Part shown: positions 24,465-37,245 of the stretch, one piece after another
How positions within the stretch are numbered: the stretch's first letter is position 1
Layout: the number at the start of each line of letters is the position of its first letter
Source of the DNA: Carcharhinus longimanus
Lineage: Eukaryota
Assembly: GCA_030264375.1 (NCBI GenBank)
Contig: JASCQW010000043.1
Span: 67,290,954-67,354,953, forward strand
Direction of reading: 5' to 3'
Length of the DNA: 64,000 bases
Notes under the pieces: generated by a model
What the model was told of the DNA's origin: nothing
The model's database searches: none
Seen by the model: the letters and a program-made list of their open reading frames with translations, nothing else
Program-made: the position numbers and the translations under genes

Positions 24465-24720
24465 CCTGATAGGGAAGACCACAGATCGATTTCCCTGGCT
24501 GGGAAATGTATAACACAAGGGAGCACAGAGGCAGGATAAGGGATCGATCATTTCAGACTGAGGTGAGGAGAATTCTCTTCAAAGCTGTGAACCTTTGAGA
24601 TTCTCTGCCTTAGATTGTCGTGGATGTCATACCGTTGACTATATTTAAGACTGAGATAGCTTTTTTGTCTCCCAGACAATAAAGGAATGTGGCGAATAAG
24701 TACAAAGGTGGAGTAACAGC
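24465..24720 (+). mobile_element. CR1 3' fragment
   Basis: TTTCCCTGGCTGGG..ACAAGGGAGCACAG..TTTCAGACTGAGGTGAGGAGAATTCTC, a CR1 ORF2 end. Confidence 0.7.
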
Positions 24721-25429
24721 AGAAAATTTGTGTTGACTGGCAGAGCGCGCTCTGATGTTCATATACTCCAGTCCCTTTTTGTGGCACCAGATAAAACTAT
24801 TGAGCAACATTTTTTTTCAGCTGAAATGAAGCTGAAGAGTAACCTTAGGTTTAAAATGTCAGGTAACAGAATATTAAATCAAATGCAGAAATATGGCTAA
24901 TTTACAAAAGGTCTTACAGTTCACCAACTCTACAAACTTAAACTGACGTTGACAATAATGCAAGATAAACAAAAATGCTGGAAATATTCAGTAGGTCTGG
25001 CAGCATCAGTTATCAATGACGCAGAGGTAACATTTCAGTTCAGTAACCTTTCATCAGAACACGAAGGTGTTACAAACATGACAAATCTTAAGTACAGCGA
25101 CAGGGAAGGCAGGAGTTGAGTATTAGGGGTGGTTCTGAGAAAAGGTGGAAAACTGGTATTGGTGTGCAAGACAAAAGGCAGAATATGTTAGGACAAGTAA
25201 AGAAACAGCAAATAGGTTTAACAATGCTGTTTCTTTAAAACTTGCTACATCTGCACATTTTCCAGCTGGGAAGAAAGATCACTGGCCTGGAACACTGCTC
25301 TTGAAATTTGGCTCCTTAATGCATATTTCTTCAGCAGAAGTTCTATTTTGCTTCCAAAAAGACACTGGCAGCACCTCCTTGAAGCAAAAGCTGCCCCATT
25401 ACTTCAAAGTAATCAAAACTTAAGACTCA

Positions 25430-26250
25430 AAATGCTGAAGCTTCATTGAGGATATTTATTGCACTGATACATTGTGACTCAATATTGCTGCCCAAGGTCA
25501 GAACAGGCTCCAGCCCTGTTTAACTTATGCACAAACGATCTTTCAAAATCTACCTCCTGAAAATCTGCACATGCAGACATCTGCCTTGCAAATCAAGCTC
25601 CTGACTTCAATACCTTGGACTGGACCCTAAACAAGGTCTTGTCAACACGATAGCCTATGGTGACTCAAGCGAAATCTGCAAAAGCAGTATCCAATTTACT
25701 CCATCTTCACAATATAAAAGTTGATAAAGAGCTCAACATCCAAATACATGGCTACAGACTAAAAGCACCACAACTCCAACATATCTTGGGGTGAGCCTAG
25801 ACAGGACCAGAGAACATCTAAAAACAACTGCAGTCAAGGTCACATCGAGAAACAACTTGGTGGCCAAACTAGCTGACTTGGCATGTAACAACACACAAAA
25901 TGATAGAAATTGTTCACAATCCCCCCACCTGCCACTTCATGCTGATTTATTCACCGCACCCCCCCCACCCAAGATACGATTCCTGTCAAGAAGGCCGGTG
26001 AGGAGAAATCCTCACATGCAGGGACTTCAATGCAAACTCCACCTTGACAAATGAATGGGAATCATTGGACATGATGAACAAAACCTGGTCTTAAACCCAA
26101 CCCAACATCTGCCTGGCTTCAACTTTCCAAGAAAAGAAGAGTGGTCCACCCTCAAAAGGTTCAAGATCAGCTATGGCCCTTGCTTGGCCATCCTTCAAAG
26201 GCAGGGAATTAGTGCCAGCCTTCAATGTGCCTGCGGGAAAACGCAAACTA
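25430..26250 (+). mobile_element. Vingi/Ingi-clade LINE remnant (RT and C-terminus)
   Basis: LPQG-like motif then APALFNLCTNDL; YLGVSLDRTREHLKTTAVKVTSRNNLVAKLA; LPGFNFPRKEEWSTLKRFK..GPC..CACGKTQT. Confidence 0.75.
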
Positions 26251-26289
26251 GATTAAAGCAACAATAAGGCAAGGTTTGGATCTTCTTTT

Positions 26290-28150
26290 GTCTTTCAACA
26301 TATAGTGACATTCTCTTGACCCCCTGTACATGTCTCCTTGGGTAACATGGTGATGAGTTGATGATGTTGAACTCGTTCTGCTCAGCAAATCCCTTAAATT
26401 CTCTGGAGATGAACTAGGTCCCATTGTCACAGATTATTCATTCAGCAAACCCTCGATCAGTGAACAGAACATTGTTGAGATTATGGTTGTGGCTCTTAAA
26501 TATTAAACCTTTCAGATGAAAGGGAACTTTGAGTAGTAGTCTGCAACTACAAGATACCATTCTTGTTTGCGTGTGAATAAATTGGTTCTCACGGCGTACC
26601 GTGGTCTGGGCGGTACTTAAAAGCAATAATCTCCTCTTTCTGCTGTGTATTTCTATACCTCTGGCACATATTCCAATGGATGCCATTATTTTTGATGTCC
26701 TTGTAGATGTCCATCCTGTATACAGCAGAGCTGGGTCTAAGCTTATACTTCTCCATTCCAGTGTGATCTTCATGTATCGTCTTCACAAGTCTTCCTGCAT
26801 CATTTTACGAATATTTTGGATTCAGCTAGTAGAACACCACCTGGTAATGAGATGCCATCTGACAAACCAATACTGTCATGGAGTGTTTACTCTATCATAT
26901 TGATCTCAAGTTGTGTTGCAAAACCCCAAACTGCTCAAATTGCTTTAGCCTCAAGTTCCATCTGGGTGGGCTTTTTCCACACATATCCATTTGTCTGAGA
27001 GGACTGGCTGTCCTTTGGCACTTCAGAATAAACACCAAATTCTTTTTAACCAGTTTTGCCTCTTTATTTTCTAATTCGTTGGTTGCCAACAAAATTTAAG
27101 GGACATAAGAGCTTCTAATTCTCATAGCATTTCTAGATTATCTTTTATCTTACTGTTCATTGTGGTTTTTGCTCTACATCATAAGATAGTTAAGCTCAAT
27201 TTGCCTTTCTATGTCTTTTGGACCTCTTGCTCCCATGGTCAGAGTTTCTATCACCAGTACATAATCATTTTTAGTGTAAGAGTCACTCCCAGATCCATTA
27301 TGAGAACTGGGACTGTTTTTTCTTGCTTTCCACTATTTCACCTATATTTGTCAGTCCATAAATCTTACCTCTGATCCATCATTTTAGATATTTAGCCAAT
27401 GTTTGTACTTGCTGGTAGCTTTTCCTGTTCTCCCAAAAATAGTCACATTACTCCATTTATTGGACCTCTCTGGTATGTATGTCATTTCAGCACCAACTGT
27501 GGGCAGCTGTCCATTTGGAATGATAGATCTGTTCTGTGTATTGGTATATTTCTGTCCATTGCCATCCACCCCCTTATCTCGGGTATTCTGTTCCTTGTAA
27601 CTGTTAAACATGTGAATGTGTGAGGTACAAGACGCCTCATCATCTTCCATTAACTGTTCAGATTCTGAAACTTTATAAGCAGTCCAGATTAACTGAGATG
27701 AATGGACCTTATTAGCTTGACTATCATGTTGGGAAACCACTAACTTCCTATCCACAACACTCCTAACCTAGACATTTCCATTCTTTCTGACCCCCAGTAC
27801 TAAATCCCCAGGAGTAATATTCTCCTGGGACTACCTTATGCAATGCTGTAGCGTTCTCCGAATTTTCTCCTAGACTTCTACCTTGATGAATGCCCTTTTT
27901 CCCTGCATGTAAAGCATTCAGGTGTGTAGGAAAAAAGAAAATTGTAGTGCCTTCTAGAGCATTTAACAGAAGATACTTTGAGATTCCTCCCAAAGACCAA
28001 CTGATAAGATCTATAGCTGCCAACCAGATGAAATGTATTTTTTGCACAGAATTTCCATGTCAGTGCCATTGTTAGTTTAGTTAAGATCTTATGAACATGA
28101 TTGCTTTCACAGAAGACATCGTGAAAGGATTTTCAGCTGCAATATTCATG
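26290..28150 (-). mobile_element. Degenerate Gypsy internal region (gag/protease to integrase)
   Basis: ORF 26589-26786 gives IHEDHTGMEKYKLRPSSAVY..CQRYRNTQQKE, an integrase H2C2 zinc-finger region; the upstream boundary is uncertain. Confidence 0.7.
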
Positions 28151-28557
28151 ACTATAATATTTACATATTTGCACATCTCTCCACCTATCTTTGGCAAGCT
28201 CCATCCCCAAAAACCCTAACATTTCCCCCCCCTCCACCCCACAATTGTCAGTCAGAAATTGCTCCAAGTCCAGTTCCTATCCAACAGTCCTTGATTTTCT
28301 GCTCCACCCTTTTGTCTTTATGTATTAGAGTAGAAAGAATGAATTTGGTTGTCGTGTCCGTAAAAGGAAACTGCTTATTGTGATGTCCTAAACACTTAAT
28401 TGCACAGACACAACTTCCTCAAGCCCTTCCACCAATGAAAGTCTTACAAAACGCCATGGCAGCATCCACGGATACATTTTACAATGCGTCACATTTCACT
28501 AATTTCTTTGATGAGCCTCGTGTAGTCATCAACATCACCTACATGCTTTCATTCTCC

Positions 28558-28663
28558 TTAAGAACATAAGAACAAGAAATAGGAGCAGTAGGCCATCTAG
28601 CCCTTTGAGCCTGCCCCGCCATTCAATAAGATCATGGCTGATCTGTCGTGTCTCAGTTCCACA
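28558..28663 (-). mobile_element. Young CR1 3' tail abutting a gap
   Basis: TAAGAACATAAGAACAAGAAATAGGAGCAGTAGGCCATCTAGCCC. Confidence 0.85.
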
Positions 28664-28879
28664 NNNNNNNNNNNNNNNNNNNNNNNNNNNNNNNNNNNNN
28701 NNNNNNNNNNNNNNNNNNNNNNNNNNNNNNNNNNNNNNNNNNNNNNNNNNNNNNNNNNNNNNNGAGTTCTTAAACTAATTATTTTTTCCCACTAAAATCC
28801 CTGATGGAAATCCTGCTGTTTAATCTTATTGGGAGATGAACGAAGCATCCTTTAGTCTACACCAGTGGTTCCCAACCAC

Positions 28880-31760
28880 TGTGCCATCGTGTACTGATGT
28901 GCTGTGAAGACTCAGCAGTCCTTCAGAGTCAGGGTGACTTGCGTCCACACCAGAAATTAGTTCTCAGGAGATTGAGGAGTCCAATATGTGACAAATCCAT
29001 CCCTGGTGAGGCAGACAATGGGTGGGCGAGGTGCCTGGGTTGCCACATGCTCCTTTCTCTGTTGACACTCAGCTTTAGCTTGCTCTCATCATTGGAACCC
29101 GGGTGTATAGCTCCTTCCCAGATGCTTTTCCTCCATTTCAGACAGTCTTGGCCCAGTGTGTAGGTGGGGGTTTTTCATTTTTTCAAGGAGGCTTTGACGG
29201 TGTCCTTGAAGTGTTTCCTCTGCCCTCCTGGGGCTCACTTGTTGTGTTGAAGCTCTGAGTAGAGCACTTGTTTCAGGAATTGTTTTCAGACATGCAGATG
29301 TGGTCTACCCAGTTGGAGCTGATCGAGTGTGGTCAATGCTTTGGATGTTAGCCTGCGAGATAACACCCATCCTGCCAATGGATTTGTAGGATCCTATGGA
29401 GGCTGGTTGTATTTCTCCAGGATTTTGAGATGCCTGATATCCACAGTCCATGTATCTAAGCCATTTAGGAGGACGAGTATCACTACTGCTCTGTAGACCA
29501 TGAGCTTGGTGCCGAGTCTGAGGTCCTTGCCTTCAAACACAATTTCCCTCAGGTAACCGAAGGCTACACTGGCACACTGAAGGAAGTATTGAACCTAATC
29601 TTTGACGTCTGCCCTTGTTAACAGTCAGACCCCCAGATAAGGAAAGTAGTTCATATTGTCCAAGGCTTCAAAGTGGATTTTGATAACCAGGGGATTTGTG
29701 TCAGGGGTAGATTTATAGGAGCTCTTTGTCTTATGCATGTTTAGTTTGAGGCCTATGCTCTCATACACCTTGGTGAAGATGCTAACAATGGCTTAGAGCT
29801 CAGCTTCTGAATGTACACAGACGCAGGCATTGTCTTCATACTGTAGTTCATTGATTGGATGGGATGAACTTGGATCTGACCTGTAGGCAAAGGTTGTGCA
29901 GATTCCCGTTTGTTCTACAGTTTAGCTCTACTCCAGTGGGGAGCTTGCTGAGGGTAAGTTGAAGCACTGGAGCAAGGAAGGTCAAGAAGAATGTCAGTGC
30001 AATGTCAGTTCAACAGCCCTGTACAACCCCAGTCCAATCATAAATTGGATCTGTGGTGGATCCATTGGTCAGGGTCATGGGCTTACATGTCATCATGGGG
30101 CAGGCGGAAGCCAGTGACAAACTTTTGAGGGCAGCCAAAATGGCGAAGAAAGCTTCTTAATCCCCCACATTTGACAGTTCAAAGGTCTTTGGGAGGTCAA
30201 ATAAAGTAATGTGCAAGGCTGGTGCTATTCACTGCATCTCTCTTGGAGTTGCCATGCAGAAATGATCATGTCCGCTGTGCTCCTTAGTGGGTGGTATCCA
30301 CATTTTAATTGTGGGAGGAGCTCTTCAGCCACAGAGAGAAGGTGATAAAAGAACATTCTTGCGACGACCTTCCCTTTTGCCGACAGCAGGGAAGCTCCTC
30401 TGTAGCTACTGCAGTCAGACTTGTCAACTTTCTTGAAGATGGCCACGGTTACAGTGTCTCAGATCTCCTGGCATTTTCTCCTCCTTTCAGATATGGGAAA
30501 TGAGGTCCCGTATTCATGGCAATAATGCTTCTCTGCCATGTTTTAGTGCTTCTGCTCCTTATACCTTGCTGTTCTTCAGATGTCTGGAGACCTTCTCTAT
30601 CTTGTGCTGAGATGACACTGGGTACCACGATGTGGAGTGGAATCAAGGACACTCGTGTTGAAGACACAGTCTCTGTTAAGGTCTTCAAAGCGGTACGGAC
30701 ACTCTGCATCTCTAGGTCACCTGGAGTTGTCAGGATCACCGGGAGTTATCAGGTTGATAGTGAGGTGCTGAATGAACAGGCCTCTCTTATCAGGATCTTT
30801 GAGTGCCTCAGTGTTGATTTTCCAGCGGCATTGTTTCTGTTGCCATCATTGCTTTGGAGGTACATCAATGTTGATTCGAGAGCGGATTAGACAATGGCCA
30901 GTCAGCCAGACATCAACTCCTGTCATGGCATAGGTGATGAGATACATCCTTGCGGTCCCTCACTCAGATGATGGCATAGTCAAGCAGATGCCAGTACTCA
31001 GAGTGAAGATCTTGCCATGAAGCCTTGTACTCTGACAGAACAAGGTGTTGGTTATAACAAGGCCATATTGTCAGAAGCAGGGTACCTGTGATGTTGGATT
31101 TCCCTACCCCCCCCCACCTCTGCCAATTACACCTCCCAGAAGTCTGTGTCCTTTCCATTTCTGGTGTTGAAGTCACTGAGGATCACTTTGTCGCCTGTTG
31201 GGATTCAGGTGTAACATCCCTCTTTGGATCCATCTGTAACTTCGTGTTCAGGTGCATACACGCTGAGGACTGTAGCAGACTGGTTATGGGCTAGGTTGAG
31301 TTGGAGATTCATGAGATCTTTGTTTATCTGAGATGGTCAACCAGTTCATTTTTAATGGTGAAGCTAACCCCATGAAGACGGTGATCTTCTTCTGATTTAC
31401 CTTTCCAGAAAAAGGTGCAGCCACGACCTTGTTCCTTGAGCTGGCTCTTCCCTCTTCACTAGGTCTCACATAGGGCAGCAATGTCAATGTCGAAATGCCT
31501 GATCTCCTGGACAATGATTGCTGCATACCATTCTGGTCTGTCACTGTTGGGTTGACCATGAGGGTGCTGACATTCCAGGTCATCAATTTAAGGGAAGGAA
31601 GATGAATTATTTTAATTTGAGGTGGCCATAGCACACCAGCTACCAGATGGGTTTGACAGAGCATGGTCTTGGTCCTGTGATAAAGGGCCCACTCCAATGG
31701 ATGGACTTAGGACATACATGCACTCATACTCCTACTGTCCTCCATTCTCCTTCCCACAGG
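28880..31760 (-). mobile_element. RTE (BovB-like) LINE, nearly full span with deletions
   Basis: LKLMTWNVSTLM (endonuclease start); IFKKVDKSDCSSYRGASLLSAKGKVVAR..LRSTADMI (RT); ELQYEDNA as degenerate YADD at ~29830. Confidence 0.9.
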
Positions 31761-31828
31761 ACCTCTTTCCCTGGGATTCATATGAGTTCATGAGGGTGGC
31801 ACTGGCCCCTCACTGAATAGCCACATTG

Positions 31829-31930
31829 CTCCTCTCTCACTGTTAACAACTCTGCTGCTCTCTCTCTCTCACTGTTAATGCCCTACTGCTCCCCTCTCAT
31901 TGTTAAAGGCCCCGCTGCTCCTCTCTCACT
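31829..31930 (+). repeat. Degenerate ~30 bp tandem repeat
   Basis: CTCTCTCACTGTTAA...CTGCT, about 3.5 units. Confidence 0.7.
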
Positions 31931-32087
31931 CTTTTCGGTGATGGTTACTGCCTCCAGATCCTCTTTTCACCAGCCCAGGTGGATTTTAATCTGTGACAAG
32001 AAGGATAAGCAAATTGTCATGGAGTTATATAAACAATTTGCTTTTTATCCCTCTCAAATTCTTATCACCTGATGTCATTAACTCTTC

Positions 32088-32339
32088 CAAAGGCATTTTA
32101 TTCCTATATTAGGAGCAAGAGAGTAGTTAGAGGGAAAATTGGTCCTCTTAGGGACAAAAGCGNNNNNNNNNNNNNNNNNNNNNNNNNNNNNNNNNNNNNN
32201 NNNNNNNNNNNNNNNNNNNNNNNNNNNNNNNNNNNNNNNNNNNNNNNNNNNNNNNNNNNNNNGGTGATGCGGCGGCGCGGGCTTGTTGGGCCGAAGGGCC
32301 TGTTTCCTGTGCTGGGTTGTTCTTTGTTCTTTGTTCTTT
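32088..32339 (+). mobile_element. Young CR1 insertion collapsed to a 100-N gap
   Basis: PKAFYSYIRSKRVVRGKIGPLRDK before the gap; tail GGGCCGAAGGGCCTGTTTCC..(TTCTTTG)n after it. Confidence 0.88.
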
Positions 32340-33055
32340 CACTTTCTGAATGGAAATGCTCAGTTTTAAGGGATGCAATAACGCATGATTGGGTACACTG
32401 CAGATCAACTGACTTTCCAAAAATAAGTATTTTATCATGGTCCATGTCCAATTTAAGTTGTGTCTTTTCCATGGAATGCTTGCTTAGCAGCAGGAATATC
32501 TCATTAATATTAACAACTGGCTTACTCCAGCTACATGGCTTGGGATCCCAATCTTAGTAATGACCTCAACATGTTGACATCCCCAAACACAAAACAAATA
32601 GAAGTATCATACATTCAACCTTATTTTGATTCTTAATACTGAGTGAATCTAAATAATATTTTAATAGATCTGTTCCGCACTGTCAGGATGTAATCCTTAT
32701 CCAACATGATACAATTAAATTAATCTGTGAATAATACACTCATTAACAAACTAAAGGTTCTTGTAACTAATACAGTTCCCTCAGACTATCGCCATCACCA
32801 CCAACTTTCAAAATCTCTGCATCATGCTTCAAAAACATGATGTTCTAATTTGGGCATTTCATCAGATTATGATATTTTAAGTCATATCTGAAACACCTGT
32901 CGACAGTTCCTTGGGCATTTCCAGGGTTCATTTTTCCATTACTATTACTCCAATCCTGTCATCTGTCAAATCTGCTACAAATCCCTTCAGCCTCATTCCT
33001 TTTGTCTGTAACTTTTCTGTTGTATTGCTGCTTGTGTCCAGCATCTTGAAAGTCT

Positions 33056-33390
33056 TAGAATCATAGAAACCTACAGTACAGAAAGAGGCCATTCAGCCCA
33101 TCGAGTCTGCACCGACCACAATCCCACTCAGGCCCTACCCCCATATCCGTACATATTTTTTAACCCATTAATCCTCTAACCTATGTATCTATGGTCAATT
33201 TAGCATGGCCAATCAACCTAACCCGCACATCTTTGGACTGTAGGAGGAAACTGGAGTACCCGGAGGAAACTCATGCAGATACGAGGAGAATGTGCAATCT
33301 CCACACAGACAGTGACCCAAGCCAGGAATTGAACCCAGGTCCCTGGAGCTGTGAAGCAGCAGTGCCAACTACTGTGCTACCGTGCCACCC
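33056..33390 (-). mobile_element. Full-length HE1 SINE with probable TSD
   Basis: Complete antisense HE1 flanked by TTGAAAGTCTT and TTGAAAATCTT. Confidence 0.92.
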
Positions 33391-35357
33391 TTGAAAATCT
33401 TTAAGTCCTCCATCCTTTGAGACACCACAGAAAATCCCATTTACACCAAAACAGCTGGATATGACTGCTTTTCCAGGAATAATTTTTAAAACAAATGACA
33501 TGTAATCCAAATGTCTTTTTCTTGGAACTGAAAGCCAGTTAAGACCAGGAGTATATCCATATGCAACACCTTAAGACAATCCAGCAACTTAAATGTAAGT
33601 ACTAAATAAGGAATCTCCAAATAGAATTTCTGAAATCTATTATACAGTTTGTTAAAGTCCATGATAGATTTTATGAATCAATCAAATCTATCAAAATCTG
33701 GTCACGCATTGTAGTCATCTAATAGATCATATTTCATGTAAATTTCACCCATGAAGCTTTAATAATAGATCCAAACCTAAGATTTTGCTGCCATCCAAAA
33801 AGCAAATATTTACATTCCATATTTTTGTAGGAAGTAATTTACTGTGATCACAGTTAATTGTCATTCCAGTGCAATGCTAGTCCAAATGTAACAGAAAATG
33901 GCCTAAGTTTCAGCTCACAAGAGATGAAGTATGCATGTGGAAATTATCATTACATTTCTAAAAGGTAAATTTGATTGAAAAAGTTCAAATTGTTGTAGCT
34001 TTTCCTGCCTATTCTGAACTTTAATGCAGCATTTTCATGTGAATGTCTAAAATATCAGGCCAAATTTTCATCATAAAGGTGGCAAACAGTAGCTTGATTT
34101 TTTTTTTGGACTAGAAGTTGGAAAATTGATTAAAATTCAGGATTGCACAGAGGACAGAGCCCTTAATGGATATGGAGATGGGCTTCCTGTCTAATTAAGC
34201 CAATAGGGTCAGGGCTGGAGATAGGTCAGATGAAGTGGGGATTGCTTTCGACTCCATTTCTGAGGGAGTGATTGTCCTAAGCAAGAAATTTGCTGATGAT
34301 TGTACCAATCCTTCCAAAGCACCAGAGGAAAACTACATAATCACAGGAGAACCAAGAGGTAGGGCTAATTTTCACTTCACCCATGCCTACCTAATATTGG
34401 AAGCCATAAAGAAAAGGAGCTCCTCTATGCAGAGGGGGAAGAAAAAAATCTGTGGAGAATTAAGTGGATCAATTGGGCAACTTCTTACTGTCTTGTCTAC
34501 TATTTTCCTCTCTTTGCACTGTATAGGTAATGGCACTTTAAAACATAGGCCTGGAACTCTTTTTATTGCTGCTGTTACAGAAGAAGTGGCAATGGGCTAG
34601 TTTCCCTGGAACCTAATATGCTAGGCTATATACGCAGAGTGTGTATGAAGAATGATATGTTCTATTTGTTGTGTCTTCCCAGAAATACCATGTGAAAGAA
34701 ATATTACAAAGATAAAAAATACAGTATTTGTCATTGTTGCTATTGATTTTTCTTGCAGATGTTAATTTAAAGTTTGCTTTTCAAGGCACTAAACACATTC
34801 TCAATATTGATGCTTTTCAGTTATCAGGAAGAAATTCTGCCAATAAGGATAAATGTAAATTTTCATAGTAAATTCTACCACAGAGTCCTTTCTGCAACAA
34901 TTGAAACTATTCCAAGTTGCAAGACAATACCTTTTCCAAATGTAACATGCGATTTACACATACACAGCATGAAGATGAAAAAACACCCAGATTCAGAGGA
35001 CTAGGATGGAAATGCTGGCATTTGTTTGAGGTATGGACATGGCACTACCCATAATCCTCTCTCAACTTTCAAAATTAGGTTGCCTTCAATGTTCAGTCAT
35101 TCAGCTGAAGGATCAGTATTTGAATTTTATTTGCCAAATCTGTATCTTCTCTGGTGAGGGACAAGGAATGGAGTTGTGTTGGACAGGATTGTCATGCCTG
35201 ACTTCTGTGGTCATTGAGGCCAGTCTCGTTGGAAGTGCTGAATCTTGTTACAATTTTAGCACCTATTTGGAGTATCCTTTGAGTGTGCTCATTCAGGAAG
35301 CTTACTGTAGCAATAAGATTGGACTGGGGTGAGCACAGTAAGAAGTCTCACAATACC

Positions 35358-35490
35358 AGGTTAAAGTCCAACAGGTTTATTTGGAATCACGAGCTATTGG
35401 AGCACTGCTCCTTCCTCAGGTGAGCCACCTGAGGAAGAAGCAGCAATCTGAAAACTTGTGATTCCAAATAAACCTGTTGGATTTTAACCT
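35358..35490. repeat. Long hairpin (65-bp arms, 3-nt loop), Penelope-like palindromic remnant
   Basis: Arms 35358-35422 and 35426-35490 with 10 mismatches. Confidence 0.85.
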
Positions 35491-35519
35491 AGACATAGGA
35501 CAACAAGGATTGGATTTGT

Positions 35520-36450
35520 ACTTGCTGTGCAGCAAACTTGTCAGCCTGAGATTGACATCCCTGTCTGCGCTGACAGTCACCTCAGTGATGGTGTCCTCTT
35601 TCCTGCCGTTAGGGCTCCAGTCTTTCCCCATGAGCCAGATGCTGTAATCTTGCTCATTAAAGGAGACAATATATGTTTGTCACTGTTGAGACTCTTCAGT
35701 TCCCTCCAAACACCTTCATTGCTCACCACTTTCAGCTAGGCTATTTTTCAGCTATATGTCACAGGTTTGGAGGAGGACAATGTGTCAAACAACTTTTCCA
35801 GTTGTAGGAATACAGGGACCAGTTCTCTTCTTTGGTTTGCTTGTACTCATAACATCTCTGCGGAAGCTGCAGCAGGGGTCTGCTGCCCCAGTAGCCCAAG
35901 CCAGGATCTAAAAAATCCACTATGGACTTCTTTGAATGTCTGCACCATTCACCAGTTTTTCCCGGCGAGTTTTCCCACACAGATATTCCATCATGAGGGC
36001 TGCCTGTTCCCCCTCTTGAGGTCCGCCTGTTCCCCCTCTTGAGGTCCATACATGTAATGACCAGCTATGCGTCATTGAGTCAATCCTTGGCTACCAGTTC
36101 ATTATAAATGGTCAGTTTTCCTGGTAATCCGTCCAGCTTCCTACTCATTGGCAGGGAGAATATCCATGGTGGAATTTTTCATCTTTCCTCTGCTATGTTA
36201 AAAGACGGTACACTGAAAGCCAGTTTCTGATCACTACTTCAACTCTCAGTTTTATCCTGTGAAGCCTGTGCCTCTTCTCGAGTTGCATCGGCCTCTCTCA
36301 TTGACAGAGCCAGTTTCAGATCTTTCATCATCCACTGCAGCTCAGTCAGGCACTCTTTCTTTTCGTGCATTTTGTTCTGATGTCTGCACTGTAGCATTCC
36401 ACTTCGAACATCAAAATGTAACGTGCAACTTAAGCACATGGACTGCATGA
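35520..36450 (-). mobile_element. Possible degenerate Gypsy gag (PNMA-like) remnant
   Basis: Coiled-coil-like ORF 36239-36448 and a downstream VFLQLEKLF-like helix; weak. Confidence 0.25.
36002..36047 (+). repeat. Perfect 23-bp tandem duplication
   Basis: GCCTGTTCCCCCTCTTGAGGTCC twice. Confidence 0.95.
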
Positions 36451-36814
36451 AGATTAAAATAAAACAAGGTTCCTTAATTCCACCAACTACAAACTATATA
36501 AGGTCTCCAGGGAAAGCTTAACTCCAAGAAAAGCTACTTACAGGAACATTGACCACTGATGCTCCAGATTTCTGTCCTATTCAGAGAGCTGTCAAAACCT
36601 ATTGACACCACCCCCACATTCGGTATTGATAAGAGGCAAGAGCTCTGATGAAAGGTCATCTAGACTCGAAACATTAACTTTATTCTCTCCCCACAGATGC
36701 CATCTTACCTGCTGAGATTTTCCAGCATTTTCTATTTTAGTTTGAGAAAGCACATGGTTTGTGTATGTAAGCAGGCATGTGTGTGTAAGTAAATTCAATG
36801 ATGAGATGTGAGCT

Positions 36815-37245
36815 AGGCCTTTATTATTGTCTCTCCCTAATTGCTCTCAAAAAGGTGGTTAGCTACCTTCTTGAACTCCTGCAGTCCACATGGTGTAGGT
36901 ACATCCACAGTGCTATTAGGAAGGGAGTTTCAGGATTTTGACAGTGAAGGCAATATATTTCCAAATAGGATGGTGAGTGGCTTAGAAGGAAACTTCCAAG
37001 TGGTGAGATTCCCATGCATCTGTTGTCCTTGCCCTTTTGGATGGTAGAGATTGGGAGGTGCATTGGTGGGTAGCTGCAGTGCATCTTGTAAATGGTACAT
37101 ACTGCTGCCACTGTATAGGGAGCGAATGTTGAAGGCGATAGGTAGATGGTGTGCCGACCAAGTGGGCTGCTTTGTCCTGGATGTTGTTGAACTTCTTCAG
37201 TGTTGTTGGAGCTGCATTCATCCAGGCAAATGGAGAGTATCCCGT
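36815..37245 (-). mobile_element. 3' end of CR1/Jockey-superfamily LINE
   Basis: ORF 36982-37221 MNAAPTTLKKFNNIQDKAAHLVGTP; matches 15570-15965. Confidence 0.85.

Noticed and set aside
23785-24551. Longest ORFs in the track (228-249 aa)
   Set aside because: Almost entirely X from the N gap; the same applies to ORFs across other gaps.
34759-34854. Plus-strand acceptor and open frame (DVNLKFAFQGTKHILNID...)
   Set aside because: Weak donor (AAT|gtaaat), AT content like the flanks, no supporting partner exon.
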